Shown: positions 17,809 through 25,762 of the stretch, piece by piece | Layout: each line of letters starts with the position of its first letter | Numbering within the stretch: position 1 is the stretch's first letter | IMG/VR virus record: IMGVR_UViG_3300008448_007388 | Location: 1 to 27,270 of that record | Origin: a virus | Taxonomy: Duplodnaviria > Caudoviricetes | Reading direction: 5' to 3' (one strand) | Length of the DNA: 27,270 nucleotides | Program-made: the position numbers and the translations under genes | The notes under the pieces: generated by a model | What the model saw: the letters and a program-made list of their open reading frames with translations, nothing else | Databases searched by the model: none | What the model was told of the DNA's origin: nothing

Positions 17809-17857
17809 AGCTATATTTATATCTCTACTTTTGGGTACGTACATAAATATAGCTATG
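17806..17857. repeat. Perfect 15-bp inverted repeat, each arm being a late-promoter box, 5 nt and an ATG
   Basis: CATAGCTATATTTAT (17806-17820) and ATAAATATAGCTATG (17843-17857) with a 22-nt spacer. The boxes are TATAAATA (minus, 17821-17814) and CATAAATA (plus, 17842-17849). Confidence 0.9.
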
Positions 17858-18424
17858 GATTACTCAAAGGTTATAGCAATAGAAGTTGACATTGACATAG
17901 ACTATGATATGATGCGTGAAGAATTTCTAAGTATTTTAGACAGTCAATGGAATAATCATTCATCGTATCTACCCGGATACAATCATGTAACTTACAAATC
18001 TTTATTTTTAACAAAGAATAATCATGGGGTTTTTGATGATTTTAAAGTAGCAAAAACTATACCACATTCAGAATGGTATTGGGATGATAGTATTAATATG
18101 CCTTATACCAAAACAGTTATAGATTCGTTACCGTCAAAATCTATTGGTATAGTTAGAATAATGGTAACCAACGGCGTATTACCATTACATACTGATTGCA
18201 ACTCAAATACTTCGGTTGATCATACATATAGGTTAGGATTAACTATTTCTCCCATGTGTAGTGATAAGTTGCAATTAGGTAATACATTCATTCCATATAA
18301 AGCACTATTTTTTAATGATTGTGTTCCTCACGGATTTTTATCAAGTGCTGACACACAAATGAGTGTTAGAATTTTTGGTGATTTTGAATATGAGAAATTT
18401 AATATAAAAAGGATCTATGCATGA
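17855..18424 (+). CDS. Fe(II)/2OG oxygenase-fold protein (AspH-like); start revised to ATG at 17855 (MDYSKV...)
   Basis: YTKTVIDSLP...VRIM...LPLHTD...FFND..PHG: HxD...H. Confidence 0.65.
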   Translation: MDYSKVIAIEVDIDIDYDMMREEFLSILDSQWNNHSSYLPGYNHVTYKSLFLTKNNHGVFDDFKVAKTIPHSEWYWDDSINMPYTKTVIDSLPSKSIGIVRIMVTNGVLPLHTDCNSNTSVDHTYRLGLTISPMCSDKLQLGNTFIPYKALFFNDCVPHGFLSSADTQMSVRIFGDFEYEKFNIKRIYA

Positions 18425-18879
18425 AAAATGTTGAGTATCTGGATTTAGATAGAATTCCAGATTATCTAATTGTTGATATATACCAGACTATTAGAAATAC
18501 CCCTCCCAAAGAAAGACACTCAGTTCCTGAAGGAACTGACGCTGAAAAATATAATGCTTGGAATAGTATTAAAGTAAGTGATAAGTTAAAAGAATTTGTA
18601 AAAACTTTATTTGACTTTGAGCATGATGTGCATATTTTTGTACTGTCAGGTGATTTGCCTGTACATAAAGACAATACTAGAAATGTTGCCTATAACTATG
18701 TTTTAGAAACGGGCGGGGCAACAACTAACTTCCATGATGAAGATAAAGTACTAATAGAAGAAAATCATATTCAACCGTTTATATGGCATAAACTAAACGT
18801 AGCTGAGTTTCATAGTGTGTTGATACCAAATCCACCAAGAATTGTAGTAAGTGTGTCAGTGCATTGGAAAACAGATTAA
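18421..18879 (+). CDS. Small Fe(II)/2OG oxygenase-fold protein
   Basis: LPVHKD...AYNYVLETGG..T.F...WHKLNVAEFHSV...RIVVSV. Confidence 0.7.
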   Translation: MKNVEYLDLDRIPDYLIVDIYQTIRNTPPKERHSVPEGTDAEKYNAWNSIKVSDKLKEFVKTLFDFEHDVHIFVLSGDLPVHKDNTRNVAYNYVLETGGATTNFHDEDKVLIEENHIQPFIWHKLNVAEFHSVLIPNPPRIVVSVSVHWKTD

Positions 18880-19523
18880 ACGTTTTTCCAAGTATTCCCA
18901 TTAATACCATCTAACTTTCTTTTTAAGAATTTTTTAGTAGATACATCAAAGATATCCCCGGTGTGCCAATTATTGATTACACATTCGCCTTCATCAGTAA
19001 AGTCTACAACATAATCTGATTTAGGTGTAAAGTCGAATGCTTCACTGTTATAGCCTATGAAAACAGGGGGAGGCATTTCTGTCATTCCATACCAGTTAGC
19101 AACTAGTTTAACACCTTTATTTAGAAAATCATTTATCATTTGCTGATTTACTTGTCCACTTCCAGTTACCATGTAACGGACACAACTCATGTCCATATTG
19201 TTCCATTCTACTGTTTCTTTTAATAATTCCCAATGACGAGGTATAAGTGCGATGTATGTAGGTCTAAATTTATTGAATTTTTGTAAGTAATCAGATGCTT
19301 CAAATTTAGCTGACACTAGTTTTGCTCCTGCTCTATATGCAGGCATCGTAGTAACTGTATAGTGTGCTATTGTATTACCAGGAAATACATCTAAGACTAT
19401 ATCTTCACTACTTAATCTAATTTCTTTAATAGACCTTTGTATAGATGATTCAATATAATCCCATGTATGGATAACTGTTTTTGGTGCTTTAGTTGTACCA
19501 GACGTTAGTAATGTTAAACTCAT
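18876..19523 (-). CDS. Miniature AMP-binding (ANL superfamily) adenylation protein; start revised to ATG at 19523 (MSLTLL...)
   Basis: A3 P-loop LLTSGTTKAPK at the very N-terminus, A5 NWYGMTE, GEC and A7 WHTGD; only about 215 aa. Confidence 0.8.
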   Translation of the reverse strand: MSLTLLTSGTTKAPKTVIHTWDYIESSIQRSIKEIRLSSEDIVLDVFPGNTIAHYTVTTMPAYRAGAKLVSAKFEASDYLQKFNKFRPTYIALIPRHWELLKETVEWNNMDMSCVRYMVTGSGQVNQQMINDFLNKGVKLVANWYGMTEMPPPVFIGYNSEAFDFTPKSDYVVDFTDEGECVINNWHTGDIFDVSTKKFLKRKLDGINGNTWKNV

Positions 19524-19524
19524 T

Positions 19525-20370
19525 TTAAAACACAAATACGTATTTCATTATTCTAGCAATAGTATCGTTTGCCTCTTCAGTAGGGTTGACCGGGCACAGA
19601 TAATCAGGTTGTTCTTTCTCAATAGGTACAGCTAGTATATTACTTACTCCGCTTAGTCCAAACGGATTAATATCGTTTTCTTTAAATGTTTTATTAATTG
19701 GTTTATGTCTGCATACTACCCAATATTGTTTGTAGTCTCTAGAATCTAACCATTTATAACATTTTTCCCAAACTTCCTTATTAAGTGCTTCATAGAAAAT
19801 AACAGGACGTTGATTCTTAATAGTCTTTGCCGCGCCTTTAAGCACATCTAATTCTGCACCCTCTACATCAATCTTCATTAACGTAACTTCTGTTAAATCT
19901 TCTAAGTTGTCTAGTTTGATTACTTGTACCTCAATACCTTCGTTATTAACTCCTACTTCACCATAGTTGCCTGATATGTTTTCATCAAAGTTGCTTATAG
20001 TCATAGTGCCATTCTTACTACCTATTGCAGCATTGTATATCCTAATAGGTTTGTCTTTACAGTTATATGCGGCTACTGAAAAGTGATTAGGGTGTGGTTC
20101 AAAAGCTAGCACAGGGCACCCTACTTGTTGATATATTGCTAAGGCATGATATCCAATATTAGTACCTATGTCTAAGTAAGTAGATTCGTGCGTAAGATAT
20201 CTAGACATAACTTGTACCTCTGCATCACAGTACTCGCCAAAGAATAGTATCGATTGACTTACTACAGAATCATTTTTGTAGACTGCCATTTTACCTACTT
20301 TACTATCAGTAACTACTAAGTTTGGGGACAACTGTTCAAGAGTCTCGGTGATGTTTAAATGTTTTGTCAT
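19525..20370 (-). CDS. FkbM family methyltransferase
   Basis: YLDIGTNIGYH, LAFEPHP and LMKIDVEGAELDVLKGA..TI...RPVIFYE. Confidence 0.92.
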   Translation of the reverse strand: MTKHLNITETLEQLSPNLVVTDSKVGKMAVYKNDSVVSQSILFFGEYCDAEVQVMSRYLTHESTYLDIGTNIGYHALAIYQQVGCPVLAFEPHPNHFSVAAYNCKDKPIRIYNAAIGSKNGTMTISNFDENISGNYGEVGVNNEGIEVQVIKLDNLEDLTEVTLMKIDVEGAELDVLKGAAKTIKNQRPVIFYEALNKEVWEKCYKWLDSRDYKQYWVVCRHKPINKTFKENDINPFGLSGVSNILAVPIEKEQPDYLCPVNPTEEANDTIARIMKYVFVF

Positions 20371-20378
20371 TATATTGT

Positions 20379-21176
20379 TTAGAATAGTATTTTATAATTT
20401 GCAAGACGTTGTACCATATTAGAATAATCTTCTCCTGCTAATACTTCAACTAAATCGTTTGGCTGCATATTTTCTTCAGGCACAGCTAAAATACTGCTAA
20501 CGCCTGCCTTTCCAAACAAATCTTCTTCTGACTTTTTAAAGTTCTCACCAATTGGTTTAGTTAAACAGGTGACCCAGTATTGTTTATATTGTTTACTATT
20601 TAAAAAAGTATAACAATCAGACCAAACTGTCAAGTCTATTGCTTGATACATTATAACTGGTCTATATTTCTTAATGATTTTAGATGAACCTTTTAATATC
20701 TCAAATTCATGACCATTAGTAGTAATCTTCATAACATTTATCTTTTCAGATAGTTCTGATATGTCATCTAGTTTTTTACAAGGAACTTCAATATCATTCA
20801 ACAATGTAACTGTGCCTTTTGCGCTACTAAGTGCAGTATGGAATAATTTAATTGGTTTGTTTTGACAGTTAAACGCAGACAATGCAAAGTGATCAGGATT
20901 AGGTTCAAAACCATATACTTTGCATTTAGTCAATTGATTAATAGCAACACATCTATATCCTATATTTGATCCAATATCTACAAAAATAGATTCTTCCTTC
21001 AAGTATGAAGATAGCATATACAATTCAGCACTGTATAATTCTCCGTATCCGATTAGGGCAGTACTAGTAACGCTATCAGTATTAGCCCTATACACACACA
21101 GTTCCCCAAATTTAGTGTCAGTGGTACCTAAATTAGACTTAAGTTTGTCAAAATGTTCTTGTAATTCGTAACTCAT
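20379..21176 (-). CDS. FkbM family methyltransferase, degenerate paralogue
   Basis: FVDIGSNIGY and GFEPNP are present, but KITTNGHE replaces KIDVEGxE. Shares YKQYWV.C..KPI...FK...F...GVS.ILAVP.E with its neighbour. Confidence 0.8.
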   Translation of the reverse strand: MSYELQEHFDKLKSNLGTTDTKFGELCVYRANTDSVTSTALIGYGELYSAELYMLSSYLKEESIFVDIGSNIGYRCVAINQLTKCKVYGFEPNPDHFALSAFNCQNKPIKLFHTALSSAKGTVTLLNDIEVPCKKLDDISELSEKINVMKITTNGHEFEILKGSSKIIKKYRPVIMYQAIDLTVWSDCYTFLNSKQYKQYWVTCLTKPIGENFKKSEEDLFGKAGVSSILAVPEENMQPNDLVEVLAGEDYSNMVQRLANYKILF

Positions 21177-21180
21177 CTAT

Positions 21181-21188
21181 TATATATA
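21181..21188 (-). promoter_or_regulatory. Possible late-promoter variant (TATATATA) at the right edge of the enzyme island
   Basis: TATATATA-atag-ATG(21176): one mismatch to TATAAATA with the same 4-nt spacing. Confidence 0.4.
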
Positions 21189-21216
21189 CAGGATGAGTTA
21201 CTACTAAAAATATTAT

Positions 21217-21750
21217 TTACTTCTTGCTATAAAAGATATGATTCCCAATTTGTTTTACCTGTTTATAAGGCCATAACGGGTCAACATGTAAGTTATGAAA
21301 AAATAATGTAGTTTTGGGTATAACTTCTTTATACTTATCTAATGCTAGTACTTCATATGCAATCTGGAATGCACGTTGATATTTTGGATCATTTTCATTC
21401 AATTTTCCTTTGTTCTCGCAAACCCAACTAAATTGACATACTTTAACCTTTTCATCTAATCCCCTATCTACATAGATAACTTGATGAATAACTTTGCATG
21501 GGGTACTAGCAAATCCGTGATCAACACGATTAACTACTACACGTGCGACTGCGGCTTGACCCAATAATGGTTCTTTCCTAGCCTCATAGAAGATGTTGGC
21601 TGCTAGGCATTTGACTTGAGCCAAATCTACTTTCTTATAGATTTTTTCAAATAAAGTTGAATTAGTATTGTTTGTAGATACAAACAAACTTAATAATATT
21701 AGAGGTACAAATAGGTATACTCTAAAAAAGCTGAAAAATGTGTGCTTCAT
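21217..21750 (-). CDS. Cell wall hydrolase, SleB/Hydrolase_2 family, with N-terminal hydrophobic segment
   Basis: CLAANIFYEAR.EP..GQAAVARVVVNRV...CQFSW...FFH...P.W...IGNHIFY; Shine-Dalgarno AAAGGA upstream. Confidence 0.92.
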   Translation of the reverse strand: MKHTFFSFFRVYLFVPLILLSLFVSTNNTNSTLFEKIYKKVDLAQVKCLAANIFYEARKEPLLGQAAVARVVVNRVDHGFASTPCKVIHQVIYVDRGLDEKVKVCQFSWVCENKGKLNENDPKYQRAFQIAYEVLALDKYKEVIPKTTLFFHNLHVDPLWPYKQVKQIGNHIFYSKK

Positions 21751-21762
21751 AATTTCCTTTCT

Positions 21763-21779
21763 ACTGGATGTTATCCAGT
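21763..21779 (-). promoter_or_regulatory. Short hairpin immediately upstream of the hydrolase ribosome-binding site
   Basis: ACTGGAT-gtt-ATCCAGT, a 7-bp perfect stem in the 56-nt intergenic gap, with no U-tract. Confidence 0.35.
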
Positions 21780-21806
21780 GACAGCACTATGATAGTTGTT
21801 AACTAA

Positions 21807-23840
21807 TCATAAGTTTTCCCAACAGTCACAATTGCACAATACTACATCAGCAATGGCATCTGTTGGTGTTAATACTGTAGCACAACCTGGTTCGATAAGA
21901 ATGCTCAGGTTATTTGGTATTAACGTTGTTTGAGAAGATCCTGCTAGACTTCCCGGGACTGTAGCTGCACCTGTTATAATAGGTATGTTGCTTAGATTGC
22001 TACAGTTTACAAAACCGTCGATTGGGCTGTTACCCAGTGTTTCTCCGGTTACTCTAGGTAATACTAAGTCAGATGCAATGTTTACGTCATTGTCTTGTTC
22101 TGCCCCTGTATACCCTAATCTCTTTGCATTCCGTGCTTCACGCATGGCTGCTATTATACTGTTTCCTCCTACAGTGGTCGTGTCACATATATTTTCTATA
22201 ACTAATGCAGATTCTTTAATTTCTGTCTCTGTGGCGTATTGAGATAAACTATCTATAAAGTTTATTGTATCACTAGTGGTACTTGTTAATTCGTCTATTG
22301 TAGACAAAGCTAACAATCTAGCGTTTTCTTCTTTTGCTATATACTCACCAAACTTATTATACAATGAGTTTAGAGTAGAAGCTAATGTTGGATTAGCAAT
22401 CATTATACTATATATTTCATCATTTGCAGAATCAATCAATGTTTGTAATGAACCATATGGTCCAAACCCACCTAATAAGCTATTGATATTATTGTAAATA
22501 GCAAATAAATTAGTAGACTGTAATGCTCTAATCTGTGTTTGTAATTCAGCCCAATCATAGTGTATATCTGTCATGCTTCCAAAGAAGTCACACATCGTAT
22601 ACAATCCATTAGTGCCGGATCCTTTTGCTACTGCATCTATTGCAACATTGGCTAACTCTGTATTAGTTGGGATGTTTGTCCCGTTAACACCTAACCCATT
22701 AACATTTTCTAAATTAGATACTACTTGACTAAATTTTTCAATATCCATGTTTTGAATATTTCGTACTTGCATCATGGATCTACTGAGTGCATCACACGAA
22801 TATGCTAGTTCAGGTGGTATGATATTGTTTAACCTATCACCAATACTTAGACCTGGCACAGCATCTATAGTACCATTCTTATAAATTAAATAATATGTTT
22901 TGCTATTTGTAGGTAAGGGTGCGCTGTTAAATACAGGTGTTGTCAATGATTGATAGCTATTAGGGAATAATTTCTTAGGGTCTAACAAGTCTGCTAACAT
23001 TACTAACCCTTTAGTCTGACAGTTCAAAGGAGTTAGTACATCTGTTAAATCATCTCCGATAATTAAACAGAATGTAGCGTAAATGTATTTTTGTTGCTCT
23101 GATGTTGCAGGTGTACCATTAAATATGTTAGTGATATCATTGGACGTCATTCCTGCACTTAACAAACCTAAGTTAATTGACTGTGTGACTGCACCATTCT
23201 TATATAGTGTTCGTAGTAAATCATCAGGATTACCGAATGTTGAGATATACTTTAAATCTATTGCTTTACCCACAGCAATCAAATCTTGTCCCCAATAGAA
23301 GGTACTTAGATTTATACCAGCTATATCAGCAGTAATAAGGTCATTCATATTACTATAGATACCATCTAAGAAAGTCAACGAATTATTCAATGCTTTTATT
23401 GTATTATTCATTTGTGTTTTCTTACCATACATTGCATTGAATGTTGCTAGGAAATCACTGTAACTACCGTTGTTGATGTAAAAATCTTTATGTGCCTGCC
23501 ATGCAATTAATCTTAAGAATCCATGACGAGTATTCTGCCCTGTATATGCATTAATGTATGTACTGGGTTTAGCATTACCCAATGCAGGTATTGTTGACGA
23601 ACCTATACTTATTAAGTTATTATATTCACCCTGAGTTATTCCTGCACCTATCAATGGGTATGCTACATTCATAGCGTTAGTGATAGCAGATAGAATGGTT
23701 GTATCTATTATTGTACCCGGTGTATAGTTAATAACCGATGTACTAGTACCCATATATGATTGTGCATTTGGGTTGATGTATAGACCTACATCTTGCAACA
23801 GAGAACCCATTGCATTGATTTTTAACGGAGTGTAACTCAT
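21807..23840 (-). CDS. Large hypothetical protein, probably virion/baseplate-associated
   Basis: 677 aa, rich in N/T/S/G/I and translationally coupled (ATGA) to the PAAR gene; no catalytic motif recognised. Confidence 0.45.
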   Translation of the reverse strand: MSYTPLKINAMGSLLQDVGLYINPNAQSYMGTSTSVINYTPGTIIDTTILSAITNAMNVAYPLIGAGITQGEYNNLISIGSSTIPALGNAKPSTYINAYTGQNTRHGFLRLIAWQAHKDFYINNGSYSDFLATFNAMYGKKTQMNNTIKALNNSLTFLDGIYSNMNDLITADIAGINLSTFYWGQDLIAVGKAIDLKYISTFGNPDDLLRTLYKNGAVTQSINLGLLSAGMTSNDITNIFNGTPATSEQQKYIYATFCLIIGDDLTDVLTPLNCQTKGLVMLADLLDPKKLFPNSYQSLTTPVFNSAPLPTNSKTYYLIYKNGTIDAVPGLSIGDRLNNIIPPELAYSCDALSRSMMQVRNIQNMDIEKFSQVVSNLENVNGLGVNGTNIPTNTELANVAIDAVAKGSGTNGLYTMCDFFGSMTDIHYDWAELQTQIRALQSTNLFAIYNNINSLLGGFGPYGSLQTLIDSANDEIYSIMIANPTLASTLNSLYNKFGEYIAKEENARLLALSTIDELTSTTSDTINFIDSLSQYATETEIKESALVIENICDTTTVGGNSIIAAMREARNAKRLGYTGAEQDNDVNIASDLVLPRVTGETLGNSPIDGFVNCSNLSNIPIITGAATVPGSLAGSSQTTLIPNNLSILIEPGCATVLTPTDAIADVVLCNCDCWENL

Positions 23841-24118
23841 GGAACTACTACGTCAGGGCTGCCTTCAACTATACTATGACCACAACTATTTCCTGATCCT
23901 ATTCTTAATACTGGGTCACCCTCAGCAAATACTGTAGGGCTACCGTCAGTTGTAGTTGCTGCCGCATGTGGGGGATGCGGTGGACCAAATGGCGCATGAG
24001 GTGTCATAACACTTACATGCAATCCTACATTAATGCCGTTGGCAATAACAGTACCGGCGCCGCGTACTATCGCACCACCTGTTTGATTTTTATCACCCTT
24101 ACGACTTAATTGTGGCAT
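23837..24118 (-). CDS. PAAR-domain spike tip protein (T4 gp5.4-like)
   Basis: SRKGD...GAGTVIANG...PH...PPH...GSPTVFAEGDPVLRIG...CGHSIVEGSPDV, 93 aa. Confidence 0.9.
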   Translation of the reverse strand: MPQLSRKGDKNQTGGAIVRGAGTVIANGINVGLHVSVMTPHAPFGPPHPPHAAATTTDGSPTVFAEGDPVLRIGSGNSCGHSIVEGSPDVVVP

Positions 24119-24119
24119 A

Positions 24120-24419
24120 TTATCCTAGTATAATTTTTTTCTCTGGAACTTGAATTCCAGTAGTAGCCTCGATGTATTTCATCTTAATGCTATCTTCTGT
24201 GATAGCAAAAACGGCAACGCTATTAGTATTTAGTGTAACATCTCCGCCTGGTTCTGCGGTAAACATGCTAGGAATCATTTGCATACCTTTTTGTCCGGGT
24301 GCAATGCTAACTGGTTCCGTGATTGTCAAATAACCGTCACCTTTGTTTAGTTCTGTTACTTTAGCGATTAGTTCTTCACCGCTATTCAATTTAAATGTAT
24401 ATACTTGTCCAACTTCCAT
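24120..24419 (-). CDS. Conserved phage hypothetical protein (Sm-like beta fold)
   Basis: FKLNSGEELIAKV N-terminus and Y...TTGIQVP C-terminus, a pattern familiar from small proteins of T4-like phages. Confidence 0.55.
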   Translation of the reverse strand: MEVGQVYTFKLNSGEELIAKVTELNKGDGYLTITEPVSIAPGQKGMQMIPSMFTAEPGGDVTLNTNSVAVFAITEDSIKMKYIEATTGIQVPEKKIILG

Positions 24420-24649
24420 TATACGCTTTCTGTTAATTTTGTTCTGAGTTCATTAAACCCACCCACATATTCATTATCTAAGAAAATCTGTGGTACTGAT
24501 CTGGCAGTTGGAACTGCTTCTAATAATTCTTCTTTGGTGTATCCGTCACCAATCTTTCTTTCTTCGTAGGGTATACCCTTACTTTCTAATAATGCCTTTG
24601 CTTGGTCGCAATAAGGGCAGTGGTACTTACTCCATACAATTGCTTTCAT
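24419..24649 (-). CDS. grx: Glutaredoxin
   Basis: CPYC active site, RSVPQIF and YVGGF; adjacent to nrdB; Shine-Dalgarno AAGGA upstream. Confidence 0.95.
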   Translation of the reverse strand: MKAIVWSKYHCPYCDQAKALLESKGIPYEERKIGDGYTKEELLEAVPTARSVPQIFLDNEYVGGFNELRTKLTESV

Positions 24650-24658
24650 GTTGTTTCC

Positions 24659-25762
24659 TTATAATACTGGTAATTCTTCATAGTCAACTACGTCTGACAT
24701 AACGCCGATAACATAGTTAGTTGATTCTGTTTCTTGTAATGCTGATTGTTTTTTATTGATGTTTACATGTTTATTGAACCACGGAATAGGACTATTCTTT
24801 GGATGATTCTCGTTATATTTAATACCGATATCCTTCAGTCTATTAAAAGCAGTGTAGTCTACAAAATCTGATAGTATTTCAGCATTCAAGCCAATCACAA
24901 CACCTTTGCTGAATAGATAGTCTGCCCATTCTTTTTCTTCACGGATAACATCTAAGTACATTTCATATACTTCACGTTCGCATTGTTGTTTAGCAATAAC
25001 AAATCTTGGGTCATCTTTAACTACATTATTGATTAACCAAGCTGTCCATTCTGTGTGCAACAATTCGTCTTGCAGGATCAAGGAGATAATGTTTCCGTTA
25101 CCAATGTAAATCTTGTTCTCTACCATAGCAAGACTAGTTGCAAAACTTACCATGAAGCGTAATGCTTCTAATGCATAACTTGCATTCAATGCTAACCAAA
25201 TACTGTTGATGTGTTCTTGATGTCCTACTTTGCTAGGATCTAGTTCTTTCAAACAATTTAGTTGATGTAGTTCGTCATAATATTTGCCTACACTGCTAGA
25301 CATTTCTACGATTTCTTTTGTATCGTGAATTTTATTAAATTCTTCTTTGGGAACACCATATACGTTCCTAATAATATGGCTGTAAGATTTTGAGTGTATA
25401 TTAGTTTCAAAGAAACTCCAATTACTAACTAATGCTTCTAGTTCAGGTATGCTAATGACTGGACTGAACACTTGACTTGGTGCACGACCTTGAATACTAT
25501 CAAGTGCAGTTTGTCTTAATAAGTTACTAGTAAAGATATGCTTAATTGCATCACTACTGTCCTTGTGGTCTATCTTATCTTTTGTTAAACTGATTTCTTC
25601 TGGTACCCAAAAGAAACCACGTGCTGTTTCCTCATACTTAGCAAGTCTTGGATACTTAACTTCTTCAAATCGTTGTACGGTTACCGGACCTTCTGGGTCT
25701 AAAAACATTGTACGTTTTAGATAATTAGTCTGTTTACTTAAATTATATTGTTCTTTACTCAT
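24659..25762 (-). CDS. nrdB: Ribonucleotide reductase class Ia beta subunit
   Basis: FFWVPEEISL, LDSIQGR, FETNIHSKSY (Fe ligands and radical Tyr), LEALRFMVSF, DELLH and C-terminal LQETESTNY. Confidence 0.97.
   Translation of the reverse strand: MSKEQYNLSKQTNYLKRTMFLDPEGPVTVQRFEEVKYPRLAKYEETARGFFWVPEEISLTKDKIDHKDSSDAIKHIFTSNLLRQTALDSIQGRAPSQVFSPVISIPELEALVSNWSFFETNIHSKSYSHIIRNVYGVPKEEFNKIHDTKEIVEMSSSVGKYYDELHQLNCLKELDPSKVGHQEHINSIWLALNASYALEALRFMVSFATSLAMVENKIYIGNGNIISLILQDELLHTEWTAWLINNVVKDDPRFVIAKQQCEREVYEMYLDVIREEKEWADYLFSKGVVIGLNAEILSDFVDYTAFNRLKDIGIKYNENHPKNSPIPWFNKHVNINKKQSALQETESTNYVIGVMSDVVDYEELPVL

Noticed and set aside
1-21176. RiPP precursor peptide or carrier protein within the island
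   Set aside because: Intergenic gaps are under 50 nt and no small ORF with a precursor-like or phosphopantetheine Ser motif was seen; one could lie outside the window.
21763-21779. Hairpin as an intrinsic terminator
   Set aside because: No U-tract follows on the coding strand and the stem is short; kept only as a low-confidence regulatory hairpin.
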